A stretch of DNA of 64,000 bases, taken from Promethearchaeota archaeon. GTDB taxonomy: Archaea > Asgardarchaeota > Lokiarchaeia > Sigyniarchaeales > SOKP01. The notes beneath the pieces were generated by a model that saw only the letters and a list, made by a program, of their open reading frames with translations, had not been told where the DNA came from and did no database searches. Position numbers and translations under genes: made by a program. Positions 41,872 through 51,988 of this stretch are shown here, piece after piece; within the stretch, counting starts at the first letter, position 1, and each line of letters begins with the position of its first letter. Location of the stretch: positions 501,462-565,461 of the forward strand of contig JBHLNF010000002.1 in NCBI GenBank assembly GCA_048937405.1, given 5' to 3'.

Positions 41872-43104
41872 CTAAAACGAAAAGGTTATATTTATTTTAA
41901 GTTCTTCTTTCAAGATATCTCCTATTAACTTCTGAAACTCTTCTCTTTCAGATTTAAGAGCATTGAGATATCTGATATAATCTTTATTCTTTCTATTGAA
42001 ATCTACTTCCACATGCTCAAGTTTCAGTGTATTTGAGGAGATTTGATTTTTAATCTCCTCCACTTTTTGAATTAATCCTTTTTCTCCAATTTTTTTCTCA
42101 AGTTCATCTATTTTTTTTTTAAGTTGGAGATAGATATCAATATTAGTTTGTAATAGTTTCTCTTCGAAAATTGCATTTATTTGTTCAATTGTCTTTTGTT
42201 TAGTGTCTGATTTAAGATTTAATTTGTTTTCTTCTAAGACATGCCGTAATTGTACCATAAGAGTAGTGAAATTTGGCAAATCCTTGCGCTCATTGATGAG
42301 TACTTTTATAGGATTTTTTAAGAAATCTTTTAAATAATTAGTATCAATATTGGGAATATTGATTATTCCTTTTTCTAACTCAAACTTAAACTTTTTTAGA
42401 GCTTTTTTAAAGCCAATTTCATCATTAATAGACATTTGTAATTGAAATAATTCTTCCTTTTTGTTTTCTAGTTCTTTAAAAAACTCATTCTTTTCTATAT
42501 TAATTAATTCTGAGTTTAATTCATCCTGTTGTTTTTTTCTCTCTTCCAGTTCTTTTTCAAACTCATCTAAATTTATTTTAGCATGTTCAATATTCTCTTT
42601 AAGTTGGAAGAGTTTAGGTAATTTTTTAAGTAAATCCTCTGCTTCTTTAACATCGGTATATTTTTTTCTCATAAATTCATCTAATTGTGCCTGTTTTTTT
42701 CCCAATTTACGAGTAAGATAATTTAATTCTTTAATTTCCGCTTGTACTTTTTTATGAAACTTAGGTAAGGATTTTCTAGCAATTTCATTAATACTTGTAA
42801 ACAATTTCTTTATCGAATTTAGTAGTTCTGAAATGCTATCATAATTGACTTCCTCCTCAGGGATTTGAATTTCATCAATTTCCTTTCTTATCCGATCAGA
42901 AAAAAACTTTAAAGATCTTTGAGCTTTTTGGTCGATTTTTTCTTTCCCAGTTTCTAAAAAATGATCTAAACATACTTTTATTTCAATTAAATTCTCTTGT
43001 ATATCTTGAAGAAATTTTAAAGTAAATTTCTTAATTTTAAAGAATTGAGAATTAATTTTATTCTTATAAAAGTCTTCAAACTCATCTAAATCTGTTTCAA
43101 TCAT
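41872..43104 (-). CDS. Coiled-coil hypothetical protein
   Basis: 410-aa K/E-rich helical ORF immediately downstream of serS. Confidence 0.65.
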   Translation of the reverse strand: MIETDLDEFEDFYKNKINSQFFKIKKFTLKFLQDIQENLIEIKVCLDHFLETGKEKIDQKAQRSLKFFSDRIRKEIDEIQIPEEEVNYDSISELLNSIKKLFTSINEIARKSLPKFHKKVQAEIKELNYLTRKLGKKQAQLDEFMRKKYTDVKEAEDLLKKLPKLFQLKENIEHAKINLDEFEKELEERKKQQDELNSELINIEKNEFFKELENKKEELFQLQMSINDEIGFKKALKKFKFELEKGIINIPNIDTNYLKDFLKNPIKVLINERKDLPNFTTLMVQLRHVLEENKLNLKSDTKQKTIEQINAIFEEKLLQTNIDIYLQLKKKIDELEKKIGEKGLIQKVEEIKNQISSNTLKLEHVEVDFNRKNKDYIRYLNALKSEREEFQKLIGDILKEELKINITFSF

Positions 43105-43122
43105 TTTATTTTCTATTATGTT

Positions 43123-44412
43123 TTATTTTACTGCTTTAATAATCTTTCTACCATTCATGTATTGACGAAGAATTTCAGGTATTGTTATTGAATGGTCCTC
43201 ATTTTGAAAATTTTCAAGTATACAACAAATAGTACGTTCAGTAGCTATTGCAGTTGAATTTAATGTATGAATCGTCTCTTTAGCTTGCTGGATACCAACT
43301 TTTCCCATCCGAATTTTTAATTTTCTTGCTTGATAATCTAAGCAATTACTACATGATACTAATTCACGATAAGTTTCAGAAGCAGGAAACCATGCTTCTA
43401 AATCATATTTCTTTGCAGCATTATCATTTAATTCACCAGATGCTATGTTAACAATTCGATAAGGGATTTTTAATTCTTTAAATAGTTCTTCTGAATTTGA
43501 AATTAGTTCCTCAAAAAATTTCCATGAATCTGTTGGTTTACAGAAAATAAACTGTTCCACTTTTTCAAATCGATGAACTCTAAATATTCCTAGAGTATCT
43601 TTACCATGAGATCCTGCTTCTCTTCTAAAACATGAAGAAATACCAGCATATTTGATAGGCAAAATTTCAGGGTCAATAATTTCATTGTAATGATAAGCAG
43701 CTAATGTTTGTTCAGAGGTGGCAATCAAATATAGATCCTCATCTTGGATTTTATATAATTGTTCTTCAAAATCTGCTAATTCTGCAGCAGCTTTCATTAC
43801 CTCGTGCTTGGTAAAGAATGGAGTCCACATAGGAATATAATCTTTACTTATTAACTTGTCCAGCGCATATTTTAGAAGAGCTAAGTTTAATAAAACTAAA
43901 TCTCCCTTTAGATAGTAAAATCTTGACCCTGCTATTTCTGAAGCTTTTTTTAAGTCGGCTCCACTAATTCTAGAAATTAAATCTACATGAGAAAGTGGTT
44001 GAAAATCAAATTTAGGTATTTCTCCTATAATTTTTTCAATTTTATTCTCCTCCTCTGTCTTACCAAAAGGAACAGATTCATGTAAAATATTACCCACCAT
44101 ATAGCGATGTTTTTCTCGTAATTCCAAATATTCTCCTTTTGATTTTTCTAAGCTATCAATTCTCTCTTTAATTTCTTTTGATTTATTAATTGCATCTTCT
44201 GTTTTTTTGTCTTCTCTTAATTTTTTGAATTCCCCAATTTTAATTGAAATTTTATTTCTTTCTTTCCTTAATTCTTCAATCTCTTGTAAAGCATTCCTCC
44301 ATTTTGTATCAAATTCTAAAACTCTTTCGGCATTTGATGGATCTTTAAATCTTTTTTTCTCTGATTCAATAATTTCATTAATATTATTTCTAAATAGCTC
44401 AATATCAAGCAA
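43123..44412 (-). CDS. serS: Seryl-tRNA synthetase
   Basis: ATSEQ, FRREAG, GIFRVHRFEKVE, ELVSCSNCLDYQAR, TLNST. Confidence 0.97.
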   Translation of the reverse strand: MLDIELFRNNINEIIESEKKRFKDPSNAERVLEFDTKWRNALQEIEELRKERNKISIKIGEFKKLREDKKTEDAINKSKEIKERIDSLEKSKGEYLELREKHRYMVGNILHESVPFGKTEEENKIEKIIGEIPKFDFQPLSHVDLISRISGADLKKASEIAGSRFYYLKGDLVLLNLALLKYALDKLISKDYIPMWTPFFTKHEVMKAAAELADFEEQLYKIQDEDLYLIATSEQTLAAYHYNEIIDPEILPIKYAGISSCFRREAGSHGKDTLGIFRVHRFEKVEQFIFCKPTDSWKFFEELISNSEELFKELKIPYRIVNIASGELNDNAAKKYDLEAWFPASETYRELVSCSNCLDYQARKLKIRMGKVGIQQAKETIHTLNSTAIATERTICCILENFQNEDHSITIPEILRQYMNGRKIIKAVK

Positions 44413-44523
44413 AATTATATTCCTTTGATCAGTTTAGGATTATTGTTAATATTTTGGATTTAGATTAATTATATCTTTAAACACTTTGAAGATATTTTTA
44501 AATAATTTTTTTATAAATTGTTA

Positions 44524-44712
44524 TTATTCATGTTGAATTCGTTCAACTATTGTAGATCTAGCTAAAGCTGTTTTAACCTTCCTTTTATCATATCCAACCA
44601 TATCAATGATTTTCATAATTTTAATTCTTCTTGCTTTCCCTTTTAAACCTTCTTCAGCCATAAATTCTTTAGCAAAATCTTCTTTTTGTTTCTCTTCTTT
44701 TGACTCTGACAT
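44524..44712 (-). CDS. Small hypothetical protein
   Basis: 62-aa ATG ORF with protein-like composition, co-oriented with serS. Confidence 0.6.
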   Translation of the reverse strand: MSESKEEKQKEDFAKEFMAEEGLKGKARRIKIMKIIDMVGYDKRKVKTALARSTIVERIQHE

Positions 44713-44981
44713 ATTACTAAATAATTATTTTTTCAATAAAAAATTCACGAGAAGATCTTAAATCGATAATCAAAATTAAGGACAATCAACTAAAACCATC
44801 TTCTTTAAATCTAATATATAGAAATTTCTAATTTTTAGATAATTCTATTATCAAAATCAATATTATGAAAACTAATGAGAAAAAATAAATTATTTCTATA
44901 ATTTCTTTACGCAATAAGATTTAATGTTATATTTTGTATTAACTAAAAAGTATGGTGAAGATTTACAAAAAGGTGAAATAA

Positions 44982-46979
44982 TTGTCTGAAAGTCAGACCA
45001 CTGTTAGAATAGGAGTCTATGTATGCGAGTGAGGAGTAAATATTAAAGCCTCTGTTGATTGTGATGCTGTTAAAGATGCAATTGAGCATCTCCCAAATGT
45101 AGTAGTTGCCAAAGTAAATTCCTTTACGTGTTCCGATCCAGGACAAAATATAATCCGAAATGATATTCTGGAACAAGATTTAAATAGAGTAGTAGTAGCA
45201 GCATGTACACCAAAAATTCATGAACCTACCTATAGAGCAGTTTTAGTTGAAGCCGGAATAAGTCCATATTATTTTCAAATGGTCAATTTAAGAGAACAAT
45301 GCTCTTTTGTACATAGGGATGACCGACAAAAAGCTACAGAGAAAGCTATAAGATTAGTTAAAGCAGGAATTAATCGTGCTCGACAGTTAGAATTGGTACC
45401 CAGAAAAGAAATTCCCGTAGAAAGAGCTGTCTTAGTTGTGGGTGCAGGAATTGCAGGAATGAATGCTGCTTTAGATTTAGCTAATCAAGGAATACCTGTC
45501 TATCTAGTGGAAAAAGAAGCGACGATTGGTGGAAAAATGGCACAATTAGACAGAATATATCCAACGGATGATTGCGGTATATGAGTTTTAGCACCCATAA
45601 TGGTAAATGCATCAAAACATCCTAACATCAACTTATATACGTATAGTGATATTATTGAATTTAATGGCATCCCTGGGGATTATAATGTTAAAATAAGGAA
45701 AAATCCTCGATATGTTGATGAAAGCAAATGTACTGGATGTGGTTTATGTACAACTAAATGCCCAATAAAAGTACCTAGTGAGTTTGATAGAGGTATTGGT
45801 GAAAGAGGTGCTATATATATACCCTTTCCTCAGGCAGTTCCAAAATTAGCCGTTATGGATAGAAGTGTATGTATTGATTGTAAAACTTGTGAACGAACAT
45901 GTCCAGCTGAAGCAATTAGTTTTGAACAAGAAGCAGAATATATTGATGTAAAAGTCGGTGCAGTAATTATTGCTACTGGGTGGGACGAATATCCAATTTG
46001 GGAGTCTAATGAATATAACTATGGATATTATCCTGATGTAATAACCCAAATAGAATTAGAGAGAATGTTAAGTCCTATTGGGCCTACAGGAGGACATGTT
46101 TATCGTGTTTCTAATGGAGAAATACCAAATACTGTAGTAATAATTCAATGTGTAGGGTCTAGAGATATTAATGCTAATCCATATTGTTCTTTCGTTTGTT
46201 GTAATGTTTCACTTAAGAACGCCCAGCTCCTCAGACAGGAATATCCTGATATGGATGTAATAATGTTCTATATTGATATTCGAACTACAGATAAAGGAAA
46301 TGAGGAATATTATAGAAAAATTAGAGAGTCAGGTATAAGAATGATTAGGGGAAAAGTAGGTGAAATAATAGAAGATAAGGAAACAAATAAACTAAAAGTT
46401 AGAGCATATTCATCCTTAACTGGTGAAATTGTGAAGATTAATGCTGATTTAGTAGTATTATCAACAGGAATGATTCCTTCTAAAGGAACTGAAGAAATCA
46501 TCGAAGTATTGGGACTAAGTAAAGGACCTAGCGGTTTTCTTTCAGAAATCCATGGTTGTTTAAGCCCACAAGAAACAAAAGATATTGGAATTTATATTGC
46601 TGGATGTGCTGCTGGCCCAAAAAATATTCCATATTCAGTATCTTCCGCTTTAGCAGCTGCAAGTAAAGCATCTACTATATTATCTCATGATACAATAAAA
46701 CAGGAATTAATAATTGCTGAAGTAGATGAAGACCTTTGTATGGGATGTCATAGGTGTGAGAAACTATGCAACTATGGAGCAATAAAAGTCAATCAGAATG
46801 AAATTGCTGTGGTTGATGATTTAAAATGCAAGGGATGCGGTGTATGTATATCCTCTTGTCCAGCAAGAGCTATAGACTTGAAATATTATCGTGATAAGCA
46901 ATTTTCTCAAGAAATTAAGGGTATTAGTAGTAGCGAGTTAGGAACTGAGGAAAAGCTCACTGGGAGTATTGAAGAATAA
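44982..46979 (+). CDS. hdrA: Heterodisulfide reductase subunit A, selenoprotein with two Sec (665 aa)
   Basis: SD AGGTGA then TTG 44982; one frame: RIGVYVCE-TGA(45030-32)-GVNI...AACTP...NLREQCS...GAGIAG...PTDDCGI-TGA(45582-84)-VLAP..., ferredoxin motifs, QCVGSRD, AGPKNI. Joins ORF-track fragments 45279..45584 and 45600..46979. Confidence 0.93.
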
Positions 46980-47000
46980 ACACAATAGAGGCCATGAATA

Positions 47001-47429
47001 ATGAGTAAAATAAAAGATAATGGTACTAGAAATATAATTGCCTTTGGATGTGATAAATGAGGGTATTCTGCAGCAGATTTAACAGGCACTACAAGAAAAT
47101 CATATTCTACAGATTTTCATCTCATTAGAGTAAGGTGCACTGGTAGAATTGGAATTCATTTACTAATGGAAGCTTTATTAAATGGCGCAGATGGTGTCGC
47201 AATAATTTCTTGAAAAGAAGGAGAATGTGAATTTGGTAATGGTAATATAAATACTTATCAACATATTCTTACTTTGAAGAAATTGTTAAAACATGAAGGT
47301 ATTTCTGAAGATAGAGTTCAACAATATTTTTGTTCTGCTGCAGATGTTGAAAGATTCATAAATTCTGTTGAAGACATCTCCAAAAAAATTCACGCCCTCC
47401 CTCCTATACCAAAAAAAAATCCGAAATAG
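47001..47429 (+). CDS. mvhD: MvhD/VhuD [2Fe-2S] subunit, selenoprotein with two Sec (142 aa)
   Basis: Absent from the ORF track. MSKIKDNGTRNIIAFGCDK-TGA(47058-60)-GYSAADLTG...IRVRCTGRI...GADGVAIIS-TGA(47211-13)-KEGECEFGNGN...; TAG at 47427-29. Confidence 0.93.
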
Positions 47430-47490
47430 AATGATCTTTTCAAAAAAATTCTGGTTGAAAAGGAACTAACCCATTGCAAGGGTTTTCGGA
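47420..47490 (+). promoter_or_regulatory. Candidate SECIS element (eukaryote-like AUGA/GA core, A-rich apical loop)
   Basis: ATGA at 47431-34, stem CTTTTCAA/TTGAAAAG, loop AAAAATTCTGG, GA at 47463-64; enclosed by TCCGAAA/TTTCGGA, with side hairpin AACCC/GGGTT. Confidence 0.6.
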
Positions 47491-47518
47491 ATAATTTGAA
47501 TTTAATAAAATAATATGT

Positions 47519-49018
47519 ATGAATATGAGCCTTGAAGAAAACTATTCATGGGAATTTCTGAAGAATGTAGCGGATGCTTTAGATTCATATCGAATTCGAG
47601 CATTAATTGATGCGAAACAAGATATTTTAGATGCTGGAATTTATGATGAAACTCAATATGAATTTATTCTTCTTACTATGTTAGATGAAGAAAAATCCAA
47701 ATATTCACTATTTAATTTTTTAAAAGAAAATTCAGAAAGTAATCTTAATACTCTTATTAACTATTCAGAACATAATAGTATTGATTTAAATAAGACTTTG
47801 AGCTTGTTAGAATTGCTCAAAAATGAAAAACTTGTAATTGTAGAAGAAATCAATGAAAAAATTGAAGGAGATGAAAATACGCCAGAAAAACTCATATTTC
47901 AAGACTTTTTAATTACTCCTAATGATATCGAGATATCAAAATTAAAACCAATATATGAGCCTGTAAAGGTAATTTTTGATTCTAAAATCTGCTCAGGTTG
48001 TGGTTTATGTGCTGGAATCTGTCCAGTAAATTGCCTACAAATATATAATGGTTTCGGAAAAATTGATGAAGATAAATGCATACGTTGCGGATTATGTTAT
48101 TTTGTGTGTCCTAGAACATATCTCCCAGAAAGATTATTAAATATGACTCAAGAAAATTCTACTGAAATTAAAGAATATTCGAAAGTAGGACATTTTCTTG
48201 AAGCGTATTCAGCAAGGACAAAGATCAAAGACATTTCAGATATATGCCAAGATGGAGGGATTTCAAGTACTTGCATCCATTATCTTTTTGATAGTAAGAA
48301 AATTGATTTTGCATTAGGAGCGAAAATGAGCAATACTTTATGGCGTCCAGAACCAATTTTACTCAAAAACAAAGAAGAAATCGTTTCTACTGCAGGAACT
48401 AAATATGTAAATAATCCTAATTTACAAATACTTAACCTACCCGAGCTTAAGAGTAAAAAAATTGCTGTAGTAGGCGTACCTTGTCAAATGCAAGCACTTC
48501 TAAAATCCAAAATTTATAATATCGGATTCCCATCCTTAAATAATATCGAATATAGAATTGGAATATTTTGCATGGAATCATTTTCTTATGAATCGCTTTT
48601 AAAAATCTGTGAAAAAGCAAAGGTCGATATTAAAAATGTTAAAAAGATGGATATCAATAAAGGAAAATTTTTTATCTATACGAATAAAGGAGATGAATTA
48701 AGTGTGCCTATTAAAGAAATCTCTCATTTAGCTCGAGAAGACTGTAAGATATGTTATGATTTAACTTCGGAATCAGCTGATATTTCAATTGGATCTATAG
48801 GATCTCCCTCAGGATGGAATACCGTACTTATTAGAACTGAAAAAGGTAAAGAACTTTATAATGAACTAATTAATAATAAGTTAATTGAATCCAAACCGAT
48901 AGCAGATGTGAAACCTGGCTTACCACTTTTGCAAAGAATCGCGGGTTCCAAGAAAAATACGAGCAAAAAGCACATTAATTCAAAAATGGAAGAAAACAAA
49001 AGAATTCCATATTATTAA
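47519..49018 (+). CDS. FrhB-family (coenzyme F420 hydrogenase/dehydrogenase beta) protein with 2x[4Fe-4S] domain and N-terminal extension
   Basis: CSGCGLCAGICP, CIRCGLCYFVCP, QDGG, GTKY, VGVPCQ, IGIFCMESF, CKICYD, ADISIGSIGS. Confidence 0.9.
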   Translation: MNMSLEENYSWEFLKNVADALDSYRIRALIDAKQDILDAGIYDETQYEFILLTMLDEEKSKYSLFNFLKENSESNLNTLINYSEHNSIDLNKTLSLLELLKNEKLVIVEEINEKIEGDENTPEKLIFQDFLITPNDIEISKLKPIYEPVKVIFDSKICSGCGLCAGICPVNCLQIYNGFGKIDEDKCIRCGLCYFVCPRTYLPERLLNMTQENSTEIKEYSKVGHFLEAYSARTKIKDISDICQDGGISSTCIHYLFDSKKIDFALGAKMSNTLWRPEPILLKNKEEIVSTAGTKYVNNPNLQILNLPELKSKKIAVVGVPCQMQALLKSKIYNIGFPSLNNIEYRIGIFCMESFSYESLLKICEKAKVDIKNVKKMDINKGKFFIYTNKGDELSVPIKEISHLAREDCKICYDLTSESADISIGSIGSPSGWNTVLIRTEKGKELYNELINNKLIESKPIADVKPGLPLLQRIAGSKKNTSKKHINSKMEENKRIPYY

Positions 49019-49548
49019 ATTTTGATATTCAAAAATTTAAAGAATTTTAGTAATCTATCACCTAATTCTTAGGTAAAACCAAAAATTTGCTATTAAATTC
49101 TGTATATTCTACCAGTAGGTTTTCATTTTTATTACGATTATTAATGATTATTAAACAACTATAATAAAACTTGTTTAAATTATGGTTATATTTTGTATAA
49201 AGCGATTTCTTATCAGTAAAAATTAGAAAAGTTAAAGAATATTGAATTATAAGTATATTCCATGCTGTTTATATCCTATATCTATTAGAAATATCATCTT
49301 TTTGCTAAGAAATAACTTTTCTAAACCAAAAATTTGAATAAAACGAGAGAATCAGATCATTGAGTTTTTTCACCAATTAATTATTAAAAAAAAAAATGAA
49401 AAAAACACAAACCATGACCTTTTTATGTATTTACATAGGTTTATATATAAAAATTTTAATATACTTTTTAAAATTATTCTACATTCTATTAAACTCGAGG
49501 TGATAATGAATTTTCTTTCAAGAAATATCCACCGCAATATTAAGCATA

Positions 49549-50295
49549 GTGCTTCAACCTGTCGTTTTTCTCTTGATTTATACAGTAATTATTCTAATTT
49601 TCAAGATATCGTTAAAATCCTTAGAATTTAAGGTATTAACACTAATGGTGATAGGATATGTATATTTATTACCAGTTGTCACATTCGGACTTATATTGGC
49701 TCCAATTGATGATCCTAGTATCCCTTATACCATTTTTTCTTTGGGAACGGGAATAGGACTAGTTTTATTTATCTTTTTTTATGTAATAAGGATCATAAAA
49801 AATTATTCAAATCTTGCGGGGGAGGTCTCCTCTATGGCAACGGAGTTGGCTTCCAGTTCTGAAGAAGTTACTTCCGCATCCGAAGAAATAAGTTCAACTG
49901 TAAACAGTGTACTCGAGAATGGGAGAGCTATGAAAAATTCCTCCGATTACATCAATAAAATACTCCAACTTATCATAGAGATTTCCGATCAAACGAATTT
50001 ACTCGCCCTCAATGCCAAAATCGAAGCTAGTCGAGCAGGGGAAAACGGGAGAGGATTTGCTGCTGTAGCGGACGAGGTGAGAAAACTTGCAACCGAGACA
50101 AAAGCAGCTCTTTCTGATTCTAACACAAAAATTAACGAAATATTGTCCCAAATCGAGTATCAATTTGAGTCACTCTTAGCGGTTACGTCTGCTACTGAAG
50201 AGCAAGCGAGTACTATGGAACAAGTGTCCTCTACGGCAAACCAGTTGGATTCATTAGCTATTAAGTTGAGTGGTAAGTTTAAAAAAAGAGTATAG
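49549..50295 (+). CDS. Methyl-accepting chemotaxis-like membrane protein
   Basis: [37 protein letters not shown] signalling hairpin; N-terminal TM helices; 5' end possibly frameshifted. Confidence 0.9.
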   Translation: MLQPVVFLLIYTVIILIFKISLKSLEFKVLTLMVIGYVYLLPVVTFGLILAPIDDPSIPYTIFSLGTGIGLVLFIFFYVIRIIKNYSNLAGEVSSMATELASSSEEVTSASEEISSTVNSVLENGRAMKNSSDYINKILQLIIEISDQTNLLALNAKIEASRAGENGRGFAAVADEVRKLATETKAALSDSNTKINEILSQIEYQFESLLAVTSATEEQASTMEQVSSTANQLDSLAIKLSGKFKKRV

Positions 50296-50416
50296 TCTCA
50301 TTTTTTTTTTCCTATTTTTATAAAGCAAAATTTTACTAAAATTGTTTATTCAAAAAATTAAAATTCTATTAATAATTCTTTCTTACAAACATATTTTATA
50401 ATTTGAAATTATTATT

Positions 50417-50914
50417 ATGAGTTCTTTATCTGCTATTCGACCGAAAAATTTCCGAGAAAAGGTATTTTTTCGTACCTTAAGATCACAAGTAGATGGTAAT
50501 GCTAAAATTGAGCATGGATTAACACAAATTACCGGAATAGGTAGAAGATTCGCCCAAGCTATTGCAAAAGTATCGGGTATTAACCCAAATACAAGAATTG
50601 GTGCTGTTTCAGAAAAGGAATTAAATCAACTTGAACAGATAATCCTAAATCCAATTGATAATGGGATTCCCAATTGGATGGTAAATAGACCCAAAGATTT
50701 ACGTACTGGTGAAGACCTCCATATCATTGGCAATAAACTGGAAATTACCGTCAAAAGAGACATAGATAGAATGAAAAAAATGAAAAATTATAAAGGGATT
50801 CGACATCGTTTAGGACTAAAAGTACGAGGGCAAAAAACAAAAAGTACTGGCCGTCATGGATTAGTAGTTGGTGTTGTAAGAAAGAAACAAATTAAAAAAC
50901 AACTACAAAAATAA
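50417..50914 (+). CDS. rps13: 30S ribosomal protein uS13
   Basis: ITGIGRR, IPNWMVNR, YKGIRHRLGLKVRGQKTKSTGR. Confidence 0.96.
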   Translation: MSSLSAIRPKNFREKVFFRTLRSQVDGNAKIEHGLTQITGIGRRFAQAIAKVSGINPNTRIGAVSEKELNQLEQIILNPIDNGIPNWMVNRPKDLRTGEDLHIIGNKLEITVKRDIDRMKKMKNYKGIRHRLGLKVRGQKTKSTGRHGLVVGVVRKKQIKKQLQK

Positions 50915-50931
50915 TCTGAAGGTGAAATATT

Positions 50932-51435
50932 ATAGGAGATCCAAGACGTTTAAAAAAAAAATTTAGAAAGCCAAAACATCCTTTTCAAAAAGATCGAATA
51001 ATGGAAGAACTCGAATTTCTTGGAAAATATGGACTGAGAAACAAGAGAGAATATTGGAAAATGCGTACGATGCTAGCAAACTGGCGTAATATCGCTCGAC
51101 AATCAAGGACATTATCTAAAGAAGAAGCATTAGAAGTACAACAAACTCTCATTAAAAAATTAAATCGTCTCGGAATTATTGGATCAGAAGCAGAATTTGA
51201 AGATGTTCTCCTTTTAACTGTTGAAGATGTTCTAAAAAGAAGATTACAAACCCTTGTTTATGAAAAAGGTCTTGCTAGTACAGTTTATCAAGCACGACAA
51301 TACATTACCCACGGACACATTCAAGTTAAAGGAAAAAAAATTAATGCCCCTTCCTACATTGTAAAAAGAGAAGAAGAAGACATGATTGACTTCACCCCGA
51401 ATAGTCCATTATCCGTAGCAAAAGAAAAATCATAG
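50932..51435 (+). CDS. rps4: 30S ribosomal protein uS4; probable AUA start
   Basis: ATA-GGA-GAT-CCA gives the conserved (M)GDP...PKHP N-terminus in frame with YGLRNKRE, RRLQT and ARQYITHGH. Confidence 0.95.
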   Translation: MGDPRRLKKKFRKPKHPFQKDRIMEELEFLGKYGLRNKREYWKMRTMLANWRNIARQSRTLSKEEALEVQQTLIKKLNRLGIIGSEAEFEDVLLLTVEDVLKRRLQTLVYEKGLASTVYQARQYITHGHIQVKGKKINAPSYIVKREEEDMIDFTPNSPLSVAKEKS

Positions 51436-51447
51436 TAGGTAATAAGA

Positions 51448-51840
51448 ATGAGTAAAGATATTAAATGGGCAATTGTACATATTTTCAGTTCTTACAATAA
51501 TACCATTGTAACCGCTACAGATCTCAGCGGTGCGGAAACTTTCGCAAAATGTTCAGGCGGTATGGTTGTTAAAGCTGATCGAGATGAATCAAATCCTTAT
51601 GCTGGAATGCAAGCAGGATTCCGTGTTGCTAATGAACTCAGAGATAAAGGTATCACAGGTATACATATCAAAGTTAGAGCACCTGGGGGAAATAAATCAC
51701 AAACTCCTGGTCCAGGTGCCCAAGCATGCATCCGAGCGCTCGCCCGTTCAGGACTTCAAGTAGGTAAGATTGAAGAAGTCACTCCTAAATCACATGATCA
51801 CTGCCGTAGAAAAGGTGGGCATAGGGGTCGTCGTGTGTGA
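51448..51840 (+). CDS. rps11: 30S ribosomal protein uS11
   Basis: [25 protein letters not shown]. Confidence 0.97.
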   Translation: MSKDIKWAIVHIFSSYNNTIVTATDLSGAETFAKCSGGMVVKADRDESNPYAGMQAGFRVANELRDKGITGIHIKVRAPGGNKSQTPGPGAQACIRALARSGLQVGKIEEVTPKSHDHCRRKGGHRGRRV

Positions 51841-51988
51841 TTATCTAGTTTAAAAAATTACGAAATTGGCTAAACTTTCCAACTATTTCTATTTTAAGAA
51901 GTTTTAATTAATAGTATTGTGATTTTAAGGATAAGAATAATAATTAATTAAAAGAAGATTTAAATAATTATCAATTAGTATTGTATCT

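Noticed and set aside
43123-44412. serS next to the selenoprotein operon as a dedicated Sec-pathway cluster
   Set aside because: SerRS is housekeeping, oriented away from hdrA, and no other Sec machinery gene is in the window; adjacency may be chance.
44982-47429. hdrA/mvhD as pseudogenes, or genome-wide UGA reassignment
   Set aside because: All four stops are TGA at conserved Cys sites with no other lesions; TGA terminates uS11, TrmB and other genes normally, and Trp is encoded by TGG.
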